From an uncultured Clostridia bacterium (GTDB lineage: Bacteria; Bacillota; Clostridia; TANB77; SIG350), in NCBI GenBank assembly GCA_944393615.1, contig CALYAQ010000134.1, positions 1 to 42,883 of the forward strand: DNA of 42,883 nt. Reading direction: 5' to 3'. Under the pieces are notes generated by a model. It saw nothing but the letters and a program-made list of their open reading frames with translations, searched no databases and was not told the DNA's origin. The position numbers were made by a program, and so were the translations under genes. Below are positions 40,553 to 42,883 of the stretch, piece by piece (positions within the stretch are counted from its first letter, which is position 1; every line of letters starts with the position of its first letter).

Positions 40553-42400
40553 TTACAATATGTTTTTATCAATAAATGTAGGTACAATTTCCTTCATCAT
40601 TTGTCTTACATCATGTCTTGTACAATTATCATTTTCTATTAATCTAGCTAATTTTTGTAACTTTTCATTTATTTCTTTTTCATCATGTTGTTCAATTTTT
40701 GATATCATTATCTTATCATTTGCAGTTTTAGTAAGTCCCTCTTCAGCAATAAGCAATTCTTCATATAGCTTTTCGCCTTTTCTTAGTCCCGTAATCTTTA
40801 TAGGTATATTTTTTCCCGAAAATTTAATTAATGTTTTTGCTAAATCATATATTTTTACAGGCTCCCCCATATCAAGTACAAATATTTCTCCACCTTTTGC
40901 ATATGTTCCAGCTTGTAAAATAAGTCCTACCGCTTCAGGTATTAGCATAAAATATCTCGTAATCTCCTTATGTGTAACAGTAACAGGTCCTCCCTCTTGT
41001 ATTTGTTTTTTGAATAACGGTATTACAGAACCATTACTCCCTAAAACATTTCCAAATCTAACAGCCACATAATTAGTTTTGCTATTAGAATTTTTTGCCT
41101 GCACAATCATTTCACATATTCTTTTCGTTGCCCCCATTATGCTAGTTGGATTTACTGCTTTATCTGTAGATATAAGTACAAAACGGTCAACTCCATATTC
41201 ATTTGAACACGCAACAACGTTATATGTTCCAAACACATTATTCTTTATAGCCTCCATAGGACTATTTTCCATTAAAGGCACATGCTTGTGTGCTGCAGCA
41301 TGAAATACTATTTGAGGTCTATATTCTTTAAAAATTTCATTTAATCTTTTCTTATCCCTAATACTAGCTATAACCGTTTTTATTATATCTTCTCCATATA
41401 CTGGCTGTAATTCTCTTTCAACTTCATATAACGAATTTTCATATATATCTAACATAATTAATTTTTCAGGAGAAAAAGTAGCAATCTGCCTACAAAGCTC
41501 TGAACCAATTGAGCCACCTGCTCCAGTAACTAACACTATCTTTCCCTTTAAAAAATCACTTATTTCATTATTATTCAGCTTTATACTTTCTCTACCCAAC
41601 AAATCTTCCAACTCAACATCTCTAAAGCTGTCATCTATATCTTTACCATGTATAATCTTCTCTATTGGTAACATTACCTTTACTTTAGCATTTGTATCAT
41701 TACAAATATTTAGAACTTCATTTTTTTCTTTCTCTTTTATATTTTGAATAGAAAAAAGTATTAAATTAACATTCTCTTTTTCACATATACGCTTTATATC
41801 TAACCTATTTCCAATTACTTCAACACCATACATTAAGCATCTTCTTTTTTCAGTATCATCATCTATAATTCCAACTATGTTATATTCATCCCCCATATTA
41901 ACAGTAATATTTCTAATAATTTGTGATGTAGCTTGACCTGCACCAATTATTAATATATTCTTTTTTTCTTTTTTACCTTTACTATTAATATAGTTTACCA
42001 AACATCTAAACCCTCCACGTACTGCTACTGTTTCTACTGCAATAAATATACCCGCCAATATATTAGTCTGCATACTTAATGTAGCAATTGGTAAAATCGT
42101 CTCTATCATAGTTATTAACCACGCTGATATAGCACAAGTACAAGCTAGCACAATATATTCTTGTATACTAGAATATATTGTTATATTCCTATATATCCTA
42201 AAAACATTCCAAAATATTATATATATTATAATTGCTAAAAGCACTGTACTAAAAAAGGCACTAGATGCTATACCATATTCTTGTGGTATAAACAAATATG
42301 TAAACATATATGCTAATATTATTGCTACAATATCTATTATAACTAAACTAATTCTCTTTACTATTTTAGGTAATTTACTAACAACCCCTATAAAATTCAC
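40553..42400 (-). CDS. Membrane-anchored UDP-HexNAc 4,6-dehydratase (CapD/EpsC/PglF family)
   Basis: N-terminal TM helices, two Rossmann motifs (IIGAGQA; VTGAGGSIGSEL), STDKAVNPTSIMGATKR. Start moved to GTG 42400 (RBS AAGGAGAGG 42411-42419) because the track ATG 42466 lies in the loop of a terminator hairpin. Confidence 0.85.
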   Translation of the reverse strand: MNFIGVVSKLPKIVKRISLVIIDIVAIILAYMFTYLFIPQEYGIASSAFFSTVLLAIIIYIIFWNVFRIYRNITIYSSIQEYIVLACTCAISAWLITMIETILPIATLSMQTNILAGIFIAVETVAVRGGFRCLVNYINSKGKKEKKNILIIGAGQATSQIIRNITVNMGDEYNIVGIIDDDTEKRRCLMYGVEVIGNRLDIKRICEKENVNLILFSIQNIKEKEKNEVLNICNDTNAKVKVMLPIEKIIHGKDIDDSFRDVELEDLLGRESIKLNNNEISDFLKGKIVLVTGAGGSIGSELCRQIATFSPEKLIMLDIYENSLYEVERELQPVYGEDIIKTVIASIRDKKRLNEIFKEYRPQIVFHAAAHKHVPLMENSPMEAIKNNVFGTYNVVACSNEYGVDRFVLISTDKAVNPTSIMGATKRICEMIVQAKNSNSKTNYVAVRFGNVLGSNGSVIPLFKKQIQEGGPVTVTHKEITRYFMLIPEAVGLILQAGTYAKGGEIFVLDMGEPVKIYDLAKTLIKFSGKNIPIKITGLRKGEKLYEELLIAEEGLTKTANDKIMISKIEQHDEKEINEKLQKLARLIENDNCTRHDVRQMMKEIVPTFIDKNIL

Positions 42401-42424
42401 TTGCGACCTCTCCTTATTATATAT

Positions 42425-42487
42425 ACAATCAAAAACAAAGCAAAAAACAACCAAAACATTATACATATTTATATAATGTTTTTGGTT
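42425..42487 (-). terminator. Intrinsic terminator/attenuator in the eps operon leader
   Basis: Minus strand AACCAAAAACATTATA-aaatatg-TATAATGTTTTGGTT (15 bp, one bulged base) then GTTTTTTGCTTTGTTTTTG. Ends about 10 nt before the capD-like RBS. Confidence 0.7.
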
Positions 42488-42605
42488 ATTCTATATAACA
42501 AATAAAAATCGCATATTGTTGTTTATAAAAGCTATTTTTAAAATCATCCAATTGTGTGTGTGTGTGTGTGTGTACAGCCTCAAGGCTTATAGCATTTCTA
42601 TACAT
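42486..42605 (-). CDS. Candidate 39-aa leader ORF containing the (CA)10 tract
   Basis: RBS GGGGGAG (42618-42612) 6 nt before ATG 42605. Translation MYRNAISLEAVHTHTHTQLDDFKNSFYKQQYAIFICYIE. The TAA at 42488-42486 overlaps the first bases of the terminator stem. Confidence 0.3.
   Translation of the reverse strand: MYRNAISLEAVHTHTHTQLDDFKNSFYKQQYAIFICYIE
42553..42572. repeat. (TG)10/(CA)10 dinucleotide microsatellite
   Basis: Ten perfect TG units read directly from the sequence. Unusual for this AT-rich context. Confidence 0.95.
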
Positions 42606-42643
42606 TTTTTACTCCCCCATATCTCTAAAAATTCTTCTTTGAT

Positions 42644-42672
42644 ATATTATCATATATTTATTTGTTTTTCAA
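42644..42672 (-). promoter_or_regulatory. Putative sigma-A promoter of the eps leader/operon
   Basis: Minus strand TTGAAA (42672-42667), 17 nt, TAATAT (42649-42644). Confidence 0.4.
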
Positions 42673-42820
42673 GGAATATCGACAAAAAATACAAATTTAC
42701 CAAAAATTACTCAAAGCTTACGCGTCTAAAGGTTAGAAAACTTTTTCTTTTTTCATAGGTCAACTGAAAAAGTAAATGCAATTCTGTAAAGTAAATGCAA
42801 GTTGTAAGAAAAAATGCAAT

Positions 42821-42860
42821 AAAAAAAGCAATATTTTAACAAAAAGTATTGCTTTTTTTT
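42821..42860. terminator. Bidirectional-looking rho-independent terminator
   Basis: AAAGCAATA (42825-42833) and TATTGCTTT (42847-42855), 13-nt loop, A-run upstream and T8 downstream. Confidence 0.5.
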
Positions 42861-42883
42861 GAAAATAGTGTAAAATTAAAGTA

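Noticed and set aside
42401-42466. ATG at 42466 as the start of the CapD-like gene
   Set aside because: That ATG lies in the loop of the leader terminator hairpin and the extension would be translated from the T-tract. GTG 42400 has a strong AAGGAGAGG RBS.
42516-42758. Plus-strand 80-aa ORF containing a (Cys-Val) repeat
   Set aside because: It has no RBS and is oriented against the surrounding transcription logic. It exists only because it spans the TG microsatellite. The minus-strand uORF has the RBS.

Overview
Very AT-rich, Clostridium-like (low-GC Firmicute) chromosomal segment, with almost all genes on the minus strand. By coordinate: (a) the 5' part of a PF09820-type AAA-ATPase gene (missed by the ORF track; TTG start), an M18 aminopeptidase, an SLH-domain cell-wall protein, a membrane protein and a sortase-like protein. 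(b) The regulatory end of an eps/cps locus: PHP tyrosine phosphatase, BY-kinase, Wzz-like modulator and GalE. (c) A complete type I-B CRISPR-Cas locus (cas6-cas8b-cas7-cas5-cas3-cas4-cas1-cas2) with a 102-repeat, 101-spacer array (18380-25050), hand counted. The array lies upstream of the cas operon and is apparently co-directional with it. (d) A small defence-like islet: an AAA_21-type ATPase broken by one in-frame TAA, then a plus-strand two-gene module encoding a 2TM/helical-repeat protein coupled to a stand-alone UG/Abi-style reverse transcriptase, then a 118-aa orphan gene. The RT islet is bracketed by two near-identical copies of a terminator hairpin. (e) An 11-gene B. subtilis eps-like polysaccharide operon (CapD/EpsC-type dehydratase, VanZ, aminotransferase, initiating sugar transferase, frameshifted acetyltransferase, GT4, EpsG/Wzy, GT2, pyruvyl transferase, Wzx flippase, FrhB-like Fe-S protein). 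Its 5' leader holds a (CA)10-containing upstream ORF whose stop codon runs into an intrinsic terminator. The best candidate for a novel system is the 2TM-protein + RT pair at 27006-29853. All calls come from reading the sequence and recognising motifs; no database search was possible.
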